Source: a virus
Taxonomy: Duplodnaviria > Caudoviricetes
Length of the DNA: 64,000 nt
Virus record (IMG/VR): IMGVR_UViG_3300031760_000033
Location: 11,727 to 75,726 of that record
Strand: one strand, 5' to 3'
This document shows positions 10,201 to 20,082 of the stretch, piece after piece; position 1 is the first letter of the stretch, and every line of letters begins with the position of its first letter. A model generated the notes under the pieces. The model was not told where the DNA came from. It ran no database searches and worked only from the letters and a program-made list of their open reading frames with translations. A program made the translations under genes and the position numbers.

Positions 10201-12015
10201 ACGTCTGTATATTATCAACTTGTTCGTATAGATATTGTTGAAGAGTTCGCTTTTGATGAACTTGACAACAATGAAATTTGGGAGAGCATCGAGGATGGCA
10301 ATACAAGTGGCGAGTACAAACACCCCTATTTCTTTGCTAAACTTCGTCCGATGGGATTCAATATCTTCGACCTTGCGTTGCAGGATGAAATGATACTTTC
10401 AATGACTACTGGTCATTGTGGAGCCTGTAACTTCAAGATTGCTGTCGATGAGAATACCAAGAAGAATCCTGTTCAGATTTGGGAGTATGATGTGTATGGT
10501 GGTTCCACTTATGAGACCAAGGGTGTTAAGTTATATTCTGCTGGAGAATTGCGCAGGATTATAGATAGCCCCAACCTTCATTATGATACAGATGGAACTT
10601 CCGATGGTTATATACTTGTCGATTATAATCCGAATGCTCTGACTACCGGGTTCCTGATTGACGGAGAAAACACTGGAGCCGCTAGAAGTAGGCGCTTTGA
10701 AAGAACAACATACACCGCAGAGGAGGTTACTAATGGCCGTGTCGGTTCATTAAAACTTGCCCCCAAAAGGCCTTTCGAGGGTGATGTTATGACGAGTGGT
10801 AAGTTTATTGATAGTCAGCAAGATACTTCGGAAGGGTTTGTATGGATTGCTCTCTACAAAGATACAGAAACCTATGGTGCCCTGATGCCATCCGCGCAGC
10901 CTGACTATGGTGACGACAACTACAGCCACTACATTGACCCCAAGGGACACATCTATACAGACAGAAAAACTGGTTTGACTGAGGTGTTGGAAGACGATGA
11001 GGCCGATAAATTTGTTCTGACAAATATCAGGCTCCCTCAGGCATATCTTCGCCGGGCCGAACGCGACCTGTCTCGTAGGATTATTGCCTACATGTATGAC
11101 AATAACTATCAGAAGTTTAACTTCTCTGTTAAGTTCAGCCGTATCTACCTTGCTGAGAATGATGCCATCGAAGGTAACTTAAATGAAAATTCCGTGCTGT
11201 ATGTAACGTTTAATAATAAGATTTACAGGCAGTATGTGAAACATTACACCTACCGCATGGTACATGATGCTTCTCTCCCTGAAATAAGTGTTGAAATGAA
11301 CGAGGAACTTTCTGTTTCTCGCACATCCATAGAACAACAGGCAGCATTACAGGCTCAGGCCACATTGAACAGTAATAGGCGCTGGAGAAGAGAGTTGAAT
11401 GAGGAGATTGCTGGAGTCAGAAGAATAACTATTGGTCGTGGAGAGGATGTCGTTATTAGCGGAAATATCTTTAGCAGAGACAGTCGTACCTCTATAAGAG
11501 ATTTGGCAAAAGAAAGAGAGATTGATGTCGGGGACCTCAATTTGAGACACTTCTCAATGGACGATTTTACTCTGTTCAATGGTACAGACCTCCGAATCGG
11601 CGACCAAATATTCTTACCTACGGCCTTTAAGAACGGACACCATATTGTCCGTAGGAAATGGGATAATACAACACAACAATTTATTGACGATTCGACGCAA
11701 AATTTCTCACCAGCATTCATCGATTCTAATGGTAAAATTGCAGACTATGCAAGCAATGGCAACGAGAATCATTCTATTACTCCTGTTAAGACAAGTGAAT
11801 TTAATGTTGCGGCCTTCAATACTTGGGCTGCTTCGATGCACGATGCTGTATTGCAGATTAAGTACACTGTATCTGCTCATGGGAATGGCCAGCAATGCTC
11901 GACAGACCCGAAGACAGGTAAGAGTGTTTCTTGGTGGTACAATACAAGTAACCAGCAGATTATGGGTGATATGTGTTACGACCTGCAGATTCCTGTGTAT
12001 AATGTTAATAATTAA
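7285..12015 (+). CDS. Tail hub / Tal-like baseplate protein with large inserted domains
   Basis: 1576 aa after TMP; IITRITGVGSEENIPWYYPN and FNFSVKFSRIYL...LNENS segments typical of Bacteroidota phage tail-tip proteins. Confidence 0.7.
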   Translation: MKERFLTVLVPVKDSDVTQTYQTMAALLANVTPSIANINNIYAVGAPVYSYMRTWLNPATNQYEFHQVVDREFPHIGKPLEIFDFTYDATRMGSAPTITAQGVMWYADKDSSGNDVTLEGLWSQECHVSFNGENFYLKQIPTSSKSNEDARYKYDIDFVSERVVLERVYLYDVVQPFVSSKPISESAQFSFYGDITELAKRINASLLRSGLASIALRPGVTPGSYLTYEEFNSVGLGTYTGTKDTSDPYPIVSGEMQSYIHYPHANIYEHFGGNYTKYLLNLVYFVDNPQSYHIGPATGGYDEIYDGEPRLSGYKCLIGKDKKGVITTSEEKLITFENNTIHEALQQFHDTFGLQYYIFRDTDSNGDFTGDTIIMVADCQHDFADWDANAASGEGDYTRDSDGIPTTTHPFDYGVEDALLSKEKTNTTDKIITRITGVGSEENIPWYYPNPNADGWIRPMYMTNGVEQSTAINYPTSEGTTVADSVRYEKYLKNRVTDVFQFGKKICTVNKKASLVSKFSTYTSYVDETSARLCYDFTLSYDARIKSDGFSLTGLSASITYYLFKGTTNVTASGNAFLINGGSGTLEAGDYHLIINITFSGTGPTPVTSVTKYYYPAKNRICGWIDTFGFGNLNGALAMGLGVLALSAVISDLCTGGFACHLPSFFSTNPNLTWNNSSDGSKMGWYDGNRRIAISEMEFCEANSETYAFMGGSGEKALGVDDVYKVTCDNDTWVSSYNLQLKGIQWDDWGDIYSLYMDWVNGLRASKRSATSIEEVDVSVDSFVNNNVAFGLTGYLTDGWYKNNKKYALADFGITNESTLNQNADVFDTIEFQRVKYVTPQTRLMPELYIKTDGERRFYNAHNYYVNGSLLTGTADPMIGEVQSGTKVKNPLYKEKETDADNKHYQFENEYVQIMPHEHIEEFDDVKPTIKGQQSYIRAYPTEDDFYLDPTSFYEKIQGQYIQCTTETVYSDTSVYYQLVRIDIVEEFAFDELDNNEIWESIEDGNTSGEYKHPYFFAKLRPMGFNIFDLALQDEMILSMTTGHCGACNFKIAVDENTKKNPVQIWEYDVYGGSTYETKGVKLYSAGELRRIIDSPNLHYDTDGTSDGYILVDYNPNALTTGFLIDGENTGAARSRRFERTTYTAEEVTNGRVGSLKLAPKRPFEGDVMTSGKFIDSQQDTSEGFVWIALYKDTETYGALMPSAQPDYGDDNYSHYIDPKGHIYTDRKTGLTEVLEDDEADKFVLTNIRLPQAYLRRAERDLSRRIIAYMYDNNYQKFNFSVKFSRIYLAENDAIEGNLNENSVLYVTFNNKIYRQYVKHYTYRMVHDASLPEISVEMNEELSVSRTSIEQQAALQAQATLNSNRRWRRELNEEIAGVRRITIGRGEDVVISGNIFSRDSRTSIRDLAKEREIDVGDLNLRHFSMDDFTLFNGTDLRIGDQIFLPTAFKNGHHIVRRKWDNTTQQFIDDSTQNFSPAFIDSNGKIADYASNGNENHSITPVKTSEFNVAAFNTWAASMHDAVLQIKYTVSAHGNGQQCSTDPKTGKSVSWWYNTSNQQIMGDMCYDLQIPVYNVNN

Positions 12016-12026
12016 AAATCAGATAT

Positions 12027-12422
12027 ATGGCAAATCTAAACCAATTCTACAAAGGTGAGGCTATCAAGATTACGGTAGCCGATGATGATGGCAACGCCCT
12101 TGTCGGCGAGTACAGCTCTACCGGAGTAAAAGGGAATCATTCGGAAAATCCGGACACTTACAAGTATGCGGGCCTCCGTGCCTATCCGGATGACCTGAAC
12201 TTGGAGAATGGCGAGTCCACGAAAATCAAGCCGTTCAAACCGGCGACCTCTGGCGATGGGGCCGGAAAGGTGTTTTCCATTGCCGGCGACGTGTCGAAGA
12301 CTATGGAGGAAGGTCAGTACACCGTGGAGCTTATATACGGCACCGGGGACGACAACCGTACCATTGTGAAGACAAATCATGCTTTTACACTTGTCGGCAG
12401 CGCCTTCAAGAGAGAAAACTAA
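12027..12422 (+). CDS. Small tail/baseplate protein (Ig/BppU-N-like beta fold)
   Basis: FYKGEAIKITV...EGQYTVELIYG beta-strand pattern; position in the tail operon. Confidence 0.45.
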   Translation: MANLNQFYKGEAIKITVADDDGNALVGEYSSTGVKGNHSENPDTYKYAGLRAYPDDLNLENGESTKIKPFKPATSGDGAGKVFSIAGDVSKTMEEGQYTVELIYGTGDDNRTIVKTNHAFTLVGSAFKREN

Positions 12423-12433
12423 CCTAAAAAACA

Positions 12434-12808
12434 ATGGAAATCATCGTACATACCGGGCAGCCGGTAAACATAGACATTACACAGCAGTCGCCCACGATTG
12501 TTGTCGGGAGGTCGCGTAATGTGCAGATGGTGGTCCAGCCTCAGAACGTGGAGATAAAACCCACGAAGAATAGGGGTATGGCTTTCCAGTTCGTACAGAA
12601 CGTACTTGGCGGTTCAGATGTTGTCAGGTGTACACTGGACCAGTTTCAGGCGCTCCCGCATCTTGATGGCAAGACATGGTATGCTGTTACCACGACATCC
12701 GACGAGCTGCGTTACCTGTACCTCGGCGCCACTCTGATAGCTCAGGCCAGCGACGACGGCGGCACATGGGGCTTTGCCTATACTTTCCCTATAATTTTTG
12801 GCAGATAA
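12434..12808 (+). CDS. Hypothetical tail protein
   Basis: 124-aa ORF with A-rich leader, directly before the tail fibre. Confidence 0.5.
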   Translation: MEIIVHTGQPVNIDITQQSPTIVVGRSRNVQMVVQPQNVEIKPTKNRGMAFQFVQNVLGGSDVVRCTLDQFQALPHLDGKTWYAVTTTSDELRYLYLGATLIAQASDDGGTWGFAYTFPIIFGR

Positions 12809-12834
12809 TTTTTTATTAACCAACACATAGTAAC

Positions 12835-15800
12835 ATGGCTTACACAAACATTGATGACTTACTTAACAAAGTCGAGAATGAAGGAATGAACGAGCAGGGC
12901 CGACTTGGTGCCAGTGAGTTCAACCGCCTCGCTCAGGCTGTCAAGGAGTGTCAGGGTGGTGCCAAGAGTGTCAAGTTCGGTGGTCTAGACCCGATTGCAC
13001 CAAATGATGACGGTGTTGTTGTCATTCCGATGGTTTCAGACAGTTGGACTGGCTCACTGCGGTTGCAGCGTAAGGTTATCCAAGACTATGAGGAGGTATA
13101 TGTCGCCGTCGCAGACGATGGCTCCTATCTCTACAAAGACACGGACGTGCCTGTACGCTTTCAGTTCCGCGAGTACCGAATACGCACCAATGACGACACG
13201 GGCGATACGGAGTATCAGCCTTCCAACAAGGAGGTCACGGTGAAGATTCTGAAACCGACACTCACGGGCCGTCAGGAGCTTTACTCGTTTACCTACACCG
13301 CCAAGGCTTTCGCCAGCACGGAATGGCTGGAACTGAACTTGCAGCCTTACCTCTCTGCCGGCGACAACAACCTCATCTTCGAGGTCAGCAACACGTCATC
13401 CGGCGAGACGCCATCGGTGTCGTTCACCATTCAGGCGGCCAACCTGAACCTTCGTGTCGCCGATGACAACAACTGGAACAACACCGCTCTGGTGGTTGGC
13501 ACGGACAACAGCCTCACGGTCGAGTATTATGCCAACGGTGCTGTTGACCGCACCCTCTGCGTCAAGTTCACAGGCGCCAGCGGAACGACATCCACACACC
13601 GCATCTTCGTCCCCAAGGCGACGGCTTCCACGACTGTTACGTCCGAGACGTTCACGGCCACGGAAGATACCGTCAGCTTCTTCTCAGAGGGCCTGAAAAA
13701 GGTCGAGGCTTGGATTGAGGCCGGTGAGGGTGATGACATTGTTACCAGCAACGTGGTGGTGAATAACATCATTGCCGTCCAATCCGGCTCCACGAACAAG
13801 TATGTGGCCATCCAAGGCTGCATCGAGAGTATGCTGAACTTCGAGGCTGCTACGATGTTTGGCTACAACATCTACACTCCTGAGCCTCCTGCGACTGTTA
13901 CCTTCGTTATCGCAGACTCCACGAAGACCAATGTCTATCTGGAAGTTCCGATAGCAAACAGGACTGTCAATACGCTCTACGAGTTTGCCAGCGTCCTGAG
14001 CATCCAGTCCTCTCTCCCCAGCATCCATGTCTATGTGTTTGCTAAGATTGATGGGACCTACGTCAACAGCGGAAATCCTCTCGCAGACTTCCTTGTTGAT
14101 AACAGCGAGGACTTCGGCGCCGTGGAAGGTGCAGACTTCTACCTGAACCCTATGCTTCGTAGCAATCAGGAGGAGAACCCCATGCGTATCATCAACGCTA
14201 TGGATAACACCGTTGTCACCTCAGACCCGTCGAATTTCCATAACATCAGCTTCCAGCCCGGTGTTGACGGTTGGGTGGAACAGAACAACATCCGTTTCCT
14301 GCGTCTTCTCGCCGGCAGTACACTGACTATCCCCTACGACATCTATTCGCAGTTTACCGATAACTCCAGACACGGCCTCACCATTGAGATTGACTTTGCC
14401 GTCCGCAATATCACCAACGAGGAGGACCCGATTCTGACTATCGGCAACCGCAATGCTTCCAACCCGAAGGGTGTCTATATGAAGGCCCTGAATGGCGCCT
14501 TCATGAACCGAAGCAATACGTCGTGGGATTCTGCTGACGTGAGTTGGCAGGAAGGTGTCAGAACACGTCTGGTGTTCAACTTCCAGCACAACTACAACCT
14601 TGTAAGCGCAGAGAGTGGCCGTGGACGTGCAGAATCCGCTACCATCGCAATTATCCGTGCCTATATCAACGGTGTCATCAACCGCGAGGTCAGGGTTGCG
14701 GATGTGAGCAATGCCAACGAAATCAATGCCGGTGGCGACATCGTTATTGGCCAGTCAGGTTGTGACATAGACATCTATGGCATCCGTGTATATAAGAGGA
14801 GCATCACCCCAGAGCAGGTGGTGAAAAACTATATCTCTACCCTCCCTACTGTGGCAGAGAAGAAGGAAATCCACGATGACAACGACATCCTCGATAACGG
14901 TGTTGTGAGCTTTGAGAAGGCTCTTGCAGCTGGTTACAACTGTATTGTGTGGCACGGAACCCACATAAGCCGCCGCTATAAGGATAATCCTAAGCGTTAT
15001 GGCTATTACGAAATCTACCGGCACAATGCCGACGGCACTCTTGACCGTGCTCACTCCGGCATCCAGTACGGTGTCGAGGGCAGCGGTCAGGGTACTACTG
15101 CCATGACCTATGCCGAGTGGAACTACAGCTTCAAGGAGGACAAGAAGAAAGGCTCCGGCCACGACGAGTATAAGTACGACGTCAACGGCACGTTGAAGAA
15201 TGTTTTTGTTGACTTGGACGGAGTTGTGGCTTTCGGTGCTGCGGAGAATAAGCAGAAGTTTGGCTACCAGCTGAAATCCGGCATCCCTGTGGCAAAGAAA
15301 CTTGTCGGCAAAATCAACTACGCCTCCCCGATGCAGTCGCACAAGATGGGTGCCTGTAACCTCTATAACGACCTCTACGCCAGTTGCGTGGCAGGTTTCG
15401 GTGAGAGCGGCTACTCCTTCGACCAGACGGACTGCATTACAGACTTTTCGTCCGGCCAGCGTATAACAGTCATCGAGGAACCTTTCCTGTACTTTGTTCA
15501 GGAGGTTGAGGGCGCCGACAATGCTTTGAAAGTCTTTAAGGGCCTCAGCACTTTCGGTCCCGGTAAGGCCGACAAGCCTACTTGGGGTGTTACCGACGCT
15601 TCACTTCTCGTCGGCGACAGTCTTGTCGAAGGTGCTTTGAACAATAACCCCTTGACTGATATGCGTGTGCCGTTTGTTGACACAATCGACAGCGCAACAG
15701 GTCGTTATGTTTGTGAGTATCAGATAAGCAATGACAAAGGCGACAAGGTGGAGGCTTTCGTATATGCTGGTGCCAAGAACATAAATTGGGGATTCGGCGA

Positions 15801-18800
15801 CACTCTTGAACTGCATGACAGCGCGAATGTTGTATGGCCCGGTGTCCGAGAAGGCGACCAGACCAATGCGGACGCTCCCACCACGAGACAGGTGAAACTC
15901 TGGCAGCCTATCTTCAACTTCCTGTATCTGATGAACACCAAGATAGCGCCGTGGAAAGGGCCGAATGGTGATGGTCAGAACGCCAAATTGAGCCAGTTGA
16001 ACATTGCTGTGCTTTCCAATAGTTTCGACAGCAGTGTGGCCTACTGGATGATTGACAGCGACGCCGGCGAAGGCTATGCCAAGTTCGACCTCTTCCGCTG
16101 CCACTACAAGGCTGACGGCACGAGACAGTACGTCCCCGCAGGTATTCACCTTGTGCAGGGCCAGTACACATTCGAGAATTTTGCCTGTCTGTACGACCTC
16201 ACGGCTTCGCCAACAGGTGTTACCGGGTACAGCGAGTCCGACCTCTGGTACGACGTCAGCAACCCTGCCAACGATACACGCAATATCACCCTGAATTTGC
16301 AGACAGAGCTTAACGCCGTCAAGACCAAGAACGGTCTCACTGACGTTATTAACTACAGCGCCGATGTGGATGCCGTCAACACGGCCATGAAGAAGTTTAT
16401 CTGCAAGATTTTCAGGCTGTACGTTGACAACAACGTGTACCTGAACAAGAAGAGCGTCCAGTTCCACCACGAGACTATGGTTCTCTGGGCCGGCACCGAC
16501 AACCGCTCGAAAAACACCTACTACCGCCTCAATCCCTATGCCGTTCAGACGTTGAATGATACCGGTCACAACTGGCCCAATATGGAAATGAATGACGATG
16601 ACCTCGACACCATTTTCAAGACAAACAACTCCGGCATACAGTCGAAGCCTTATTGGGTGCTGGAATCTGATGCAGACCCGGTTACGGGCTACCATTGGGA
16701 GGGTCAGGACAATGTGCTGAACAACACACTCAACGATGCCTACGGCTACGGGTTCCTAGAAACCGGCGACAAGCAGATGGAGTTGTCGAACATGATGGGA
16801 CGTATCTTCAATGCTATGGTGGCACTCGCCAACGGCCAGACTATGCCTGACGGCACGGCTGTCAGCGCCGACCCCATCGGATGCTTTGACTTCTATTTCT
16901 TCTACATCCAAAAGTATTTCCCGGCTGTGGCCTACAATGAGACGGCCCGCATCCGCTACGAGATTCCAGCCGTGCTGTACCGCTCTCAGGCAGCGGACGA
17001 TGGCGGCGAGGATTACCCGCAAGACCCGATAAGCCAATCTCTTGGCGACCAGTACGATAGCGAGAAAGAGTACATCCGCAAGCGCGTTACCATGCTGGCC
17101 GGATATGCCGGCTACCGTATGAGTCAGTTCGGCTTCCGTGGCTATGCAGGTTCCTATGCCGTGGCTCTGAAACCTCACCAGTACATCTACCCGATGCACG
17201 AGGTTGGCGACCAGAGAAGCTCGTCGCCCGTGCGCTCGATGACTCGTGTGGCCCCCGGAACGACATTCAACCTTTCCTTCGACAACAACAGCGCCACCAA
17301 CGGTGTGTACTTCTACTTCATAGGCTCGATGCGAGAAATCGGCAACATCGCCTCTTGGGGTAACGGTACATACTCTGGCGAGGCTGAGACCACGGCTATG
17401 GCACCCAATGCCGCCCGTTTGGTACGCTTCGATATGTACAGCGCTGATGCCGAGGGAGTGGTTTTCAACCCCAGAGCCGGTGCTTTCAATCTGGCCGCGT
17501 GTCAGAATTTGGAGCACATCGACGTGCATAACGCATACAGGTTGAGTGGTTTGGACGGTTTAACCAATCTTGTCCGCTTACAGGACATTGATTGCCGTGG
17601 AACAGCCCTCACTACGTTAGGTTTACCTAGCACACCTGCGCTCGTTTCACTGAAACTCCCCGCCACTTTCGAGGAGCTGAACGTGCAGGATTGCCCCAAT
17701 CTTGCCACGCTCCAGTTCGACGATTACGAGAATTTGGAGAGCTTCGTCATCGGCGGCAGCACTCAGGTCAGCACTAAGGAGATACTGATGGGTGTGTACG
17801 GCTACAACATCACGCAGGAGGCCAATGTTATCCAGACAATCTCGCTTGACGGCATTGCTTGGACTGGCGTCAACTGGACCTTCTTGGAGTGGTTGCTAAC
17901 CGTTACCAATCTGCACATCACTGGCACCATCGCCATGTCCGAAGGTACAGCCGGTCAGATTAGCTTCTCGTTGAAGAAGAGACTCATCGAGCGTTTTGGC
18001 AACGTGGATAGCGAGAGCAATCCTCTCTACATCGACTATACCCGCTCGACCCTCAGCGGTATCTCTGTCAGCGGCGACGGTTACTTTGATGCCGTCGGCG
18101 AGGTAAAACACTACGACCTCATCCCAAATGCCGCCACAGGCAACACCATTCAGTCTTACCAGTGGGCCTTGTCCGGCGCCAACGCTAACATGGGTAGTGT
18201 TGATGCCCTCGGAAACGTAACCTGTCTTGCTATGGGTTCCGAGGCGGCGGCTCCCACGGCCACCCTGACTTGCACGGTAACTCTGACCAACGGCAACATA
18301 CTTACAGCCTCGATGGATATTCGTTTCTATTTCCGTCAGGCTATGGTGGGCGACTTCGTGTACCACGGTGGCACATGGGATAACAGATACAATGCCAGCA
18401 AGGAAGTTATTGGTATCTGCTTTATGTGTGACCCAATCACGGAGAACGGTGAGGTTGTCGGTTACGACCGCCGCATGTGTGCCCTGAAAGACATCGGAGC
18501 CTATCAATGGGGATTGTACAACAACTCCACATTCGGTTCCAATGGCTTCGCCTCCGACTTGAAGTATGATACCAACAATGATGGCACTCCTGATACATCA
18601 CCATTCAACGTGCCGTATATCAGCGAGCTTACGTCAAATGGAGGTAAGGTCCAGTCAAATACCGTGGATTGCACATCCTATAGTGTTGGTGATAATTATC
18701 AGTATGTCAGGTTCGGCACTATGATTGACCCTCAGACTGGCGATTTCTTTAAGTATGGCAATAATGTAGCCTTTGGTTGTATGGCTCTCGTTGAGCTTTC

Positions 18801-19491
18801 GTCACTAATGAAGGAAAACGTGTTTCCTGATGACGACCTGTTCGCCGCGACTACGAAGGTGCCGCAGGGTCTCAAAGATACCGCCGGCATCATCTACCAC
18901 CGCAACAGAGTTCTCGCTGGTACGACATACACGGGCGACGCCAGCACTCAGGATGACGATGTAAACTACGGCATTGAGTTCAAGACTGACCCCGACATTG
19001 ACGCTTCTCCCGGAAATGTCGCTTTGCAGATTTCCAAGATTAGAACATTTGCCACCAATACGTTATCTTCCTCTTATCCAAATGTTTACTCGCAGTACCT
19101 CTATCCTGCTGCAAGTATGGCATACGCATACGAGCCGAAGAAACCTGATGGTACGGATATTCCGGGTCTGCTTCCAAAGTTCAAGAAGCACCACTGGTAT
19201 CTGCCGAGTTCCGGTGAACTGTGCCGCCTTGCATACTTCACCCTGATATGCTACAGCGGCTCGTCGTACTACGTCAGTCAGGCCAATGGCAACCCCTACG
19301 GCGACATATTTGCCAATGCTGTTGCCAATCTTGGAACGAGATTCAGTAGATTCAACACGTCGTCGAACTACTGGACGTCCACGGAGTACTACACCAACAA
19401 CGCTTGGTACGTCGACTTCACCAGTGGTGGCGTCGACGGCGGCGGCGGCAAGTACCGCTCGTTAGCAGTGAGGGCGTGTGCCGCGTTCTAA
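12835..19491 (+). CDS. Giant tail fibre / receptor-binding protein; DGR target 1 (LamG-like, CotH-kinase-like, LRR, Ig-like, C-terminal C-type-lectin fold with VR1)
   Basis: 2218 aa; LamG-like IRAYINGV...IDIYGIRVY; D-x4-N (GTDNRSKN) plus DLDT; LRR-like LEHIDVHN/LQDIDCRG; ends NYWTSTEY...AWYVDF...SLAVRACAAF. Confidence 0.85.
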   Translation: MAYTNIDDLLNKVENEGMNEQGRLGASEFNRLAQAVKECQGGAKSVKFGGLDPIAPNDDGVVVIPMVSDSWTGSLRLQRKVIQDYEEVYVAVADDGSYLYKDTDVPVRFQFREYRIRTNDDTGDTEYQPSNKEVTVKILKPTLTGRQELYSFTYTAKAFASTEWLELNLQPYLSAGDNNLIFEVSNTSSGETPSVSFTIQAANLNLRVADDNNWNNTALVVGTDNSLTVEYYANGAVDRTLCVKFTGASGTTSTHRIFVPKATASTTVTSETFTATEDTVSFFSEGLKKVEAWIEAGEGDDIVTSNVVVNNIIAVQSGSTNKYVAIQGCIESMLNFEAATMFGYNIYTPEPPATVTFVIADSTKTNVYLEVPIANRTVNTLYEFASVLSIQSSLPSIHVYVFAKIDGTYVNSGNPLADFLVDNSEDFGAVEGADFYLNPMLRSNQEENPMRIINAMDNTVVTSDPSNFHNISFQPGVDGWVEQNNIRFLRLLAGSTLTIPYDIYSQFTDNSRHGLTIEIDFAVRNITNEEDPILTIGNRNASNPKGVYMKALNGAFMNRSNTSWDSADVSWQEGVRTRLVFNFQHNYNLVSAESGRGRAESATIAIIRAYINGVINREVRVADVSNANEINAGGDIVIGQSGCDIDIYGIRVYKRSITPEQVVKNYISTLPTVAEKKEIHDDNDILDNGVVSFEKALAAGYNCIVWHGTHISRRYKDNPKRYGYYEIYRHNADGTLDRAHSGIQYGVEGSGQGTTAMTYAEWNYSFKEDKKKGSGHDEYKYDVNGTLKNVFVDLDGVVAFGAAENKQKFGYQLKSGIPVAKKLVGKINYASPMQSHKMGACNLYNDLYASCVAGFGESGYSFDQTDCITDFSSGQRITVIEEPFLYFVQEVEGADNALKVFKGLSTFGPGKADKPTWGVTDASLLVGDSLVEGALNNNPLTDMRVPFVDTIDSATGRYVCEYQISNDKGDKVEAFVYAGAKNINWGFGDTLELHDSANVVWPGVREGDQTNADAPTTRQVKLWQPIFNFLYLMNTKIAPWKGPNGDGQNAKLSQLNIAVLSNSFDSSVAYWMIDSDAGEGYAKFDLFRCHYKADGTRQYVPAGIHLVQGQYTFENFACLYDLTASPTGVTGYSESDLWYDVSNPANDTRNITLNLQTELNAVKTKNGLTDVINYSADVDAVNTAMKKFICKIFRLYVDNNVYLNKKSVQFHHETMVLWAGTDNRSKNTYYRLNPYAVQTLNDTGHNWPNMEMNDDDLDTIFKTNNSGIQSKPYWVLESDADPVTGYHWEGQDNVLNNTLNDAYGYGFLETGDKQMELSNMMGRIFNAMVALANGQTMPDGTAVSADPIGCFDFYFFYIQKYFPAVAYNETARIRYEIPAVLYRSQAADDGGEDYPQDPISQSLGDQYDSEKEYIRKRVTMLAGYAGYRMSQFGFRGYAGSYAVALKPHQYIYPMHEVGDQRSSSPVRSMTRVAPGTTFNLSFDNNSATNGVYFYFIGSMREIGNIASWGNGTYSGEAETTAMAPNAARLVRFDMYSADAEGVVFNPRAGAFNLAACQNLEHIDVHNAYRLSGLDGLTNLVRLQDIDCRGTALTTLGLPSTPALVSLKLPATFEELNVQDCPNLATLQFDDYENLESFVIGGSTQVSTKEILMGVYGYNITQEANVIQTISLDGIAWTGVNWTFLEWLLTVTNLHITGTIAMSEGTAGQISFSLKKRLIERFGNVDSESNPLYIDYTRSTLSGISVSGDGYFDAVGEVKHYDLIPNAATGNTIQSYQWALSGANANMGSVDALGNVTCLAMGSEAAAPTATLTCTVTLTNGNILTASMDIRFYFRQAMVGDFVYHGGTWDNRYNASKEVIGICFMCDPITENGEVVGYDRRMCALKDIGAYQWGLYNNSTFGSNGFASDLKYDTNNDGTPDTSPFNVPYISELTSNGGKVQSNTVDCTSYSVGDNYQYVRFGTMIDPQTGDFFKYGNNVAFGCMALVELSSLMKENVFPDDDLFAATTKVPQGLKDTAGIIYHRNRVLAGTTYTGDASTQDDDVNYGIEFKTDPDIDASPGNVALQISKIRTFATNTLSSSYPNVYSQYLYPAASMAYAYEPKKPDGTDIPGLLPKFKKHHWYLPSSGELCRLAYFTLICYSGSSYYVSQANGNPYGDIFANAVANLGTRFSRFNTSSNYWTSTEYYTNNAWYVDFTSGGVDGGGGKYRSLAVRACAAF
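19355..19485 (+). repeat. DGR variable repeat VR1
   Basis: 131 nt versus the 128-nt TR (20177-20304): 17 substitutions, all at TR adenines (14 G, 2 T, 1 C), plus one extra codon. Confidence 0.97.
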
Positions 19492-19503
19492 AGAATTAAA
19501 GAT

Positions 19504-19548
19504 GTCATCGTCCGGCTGGTCTTTGACGACCAGCCGGCGGACGATGAC
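19504..19548 (+). promoter_or_regulatory. DGR target-recognition hairpin/cruciform downstream of the VR1 IMH
   Basis: GTCATCGTCC-GGCTGGTC [TTTGAC] GACCAGCC-(GGC)-GGACGATGAC; 8 plus 10 bp stem. Confidence 0.8.
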
Positions 19549-19621
19549 TAAAAGACCATACAATAAAACAGAAAATTTATCGTTACACTAAAAACCAATT
19601 AAAGAAAGGAGAAAATTTCTT

Positions 19622-20062
19622 GTGAAAGCGGAGCAGTCATCATTATACCGGTCTATTGAGAGACTACACCTGTGGGCGCTTGAAACTTTCGATAACGCTC
19701 CTAACAAGCCAGCGGTTCAGGCCGACATCAAGCTTGTTATGGAGAATATCATGCAAGCTCAATCCGCCACTAATGTCGCTCTCAATCTCCCGGACGGCAA
19801 ACAGAAATTAGACCTCCTCGACGTGGTGGTGATGAGCATGACTAATGTAAAATCTATCACAAGGGTACTGTCCGAGTTTTCGGACAAGCCAAACAAGAAG
19901 GACGCTGCGTCAACTGGCGAGACCGTCCTGAGTCCGTCGAGGACCCGTGTAATTTCCCGCAAACAGAGAGTTCCGTTAATTGAACTGATGACTGATATTA
20001 GTAATCAGCTGGGACGCTGGAAATCCAAGGTGGCGAAGATTTGCGCCACGAGTGAGCCGTAA
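19622..20062 (+). CDS. avd: DGR accessory variability determinant (Avd-like four-helix bundle)
   Basis: 146-aa helical protein between VR and TR; C-terminal ISNQLGRW resembles the Avd I..xLGGW motif. Confidence 0.8.
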   Translation: MKAEQSSLYRSIERLHLWALETFDNAPNKPAVQADIKLVMENIMQAQSATNVALNLPDGKQKLDLLDVVVMSMTNVKSITRVLSEFSDKPNKKDAASTGETVLSPSRTRVISRKQRVPLIELMTDISNQLGRWKSKVAKICATSEP

Positions 20063-20082
20063 ACGCCTAAATAACTGAGGTT

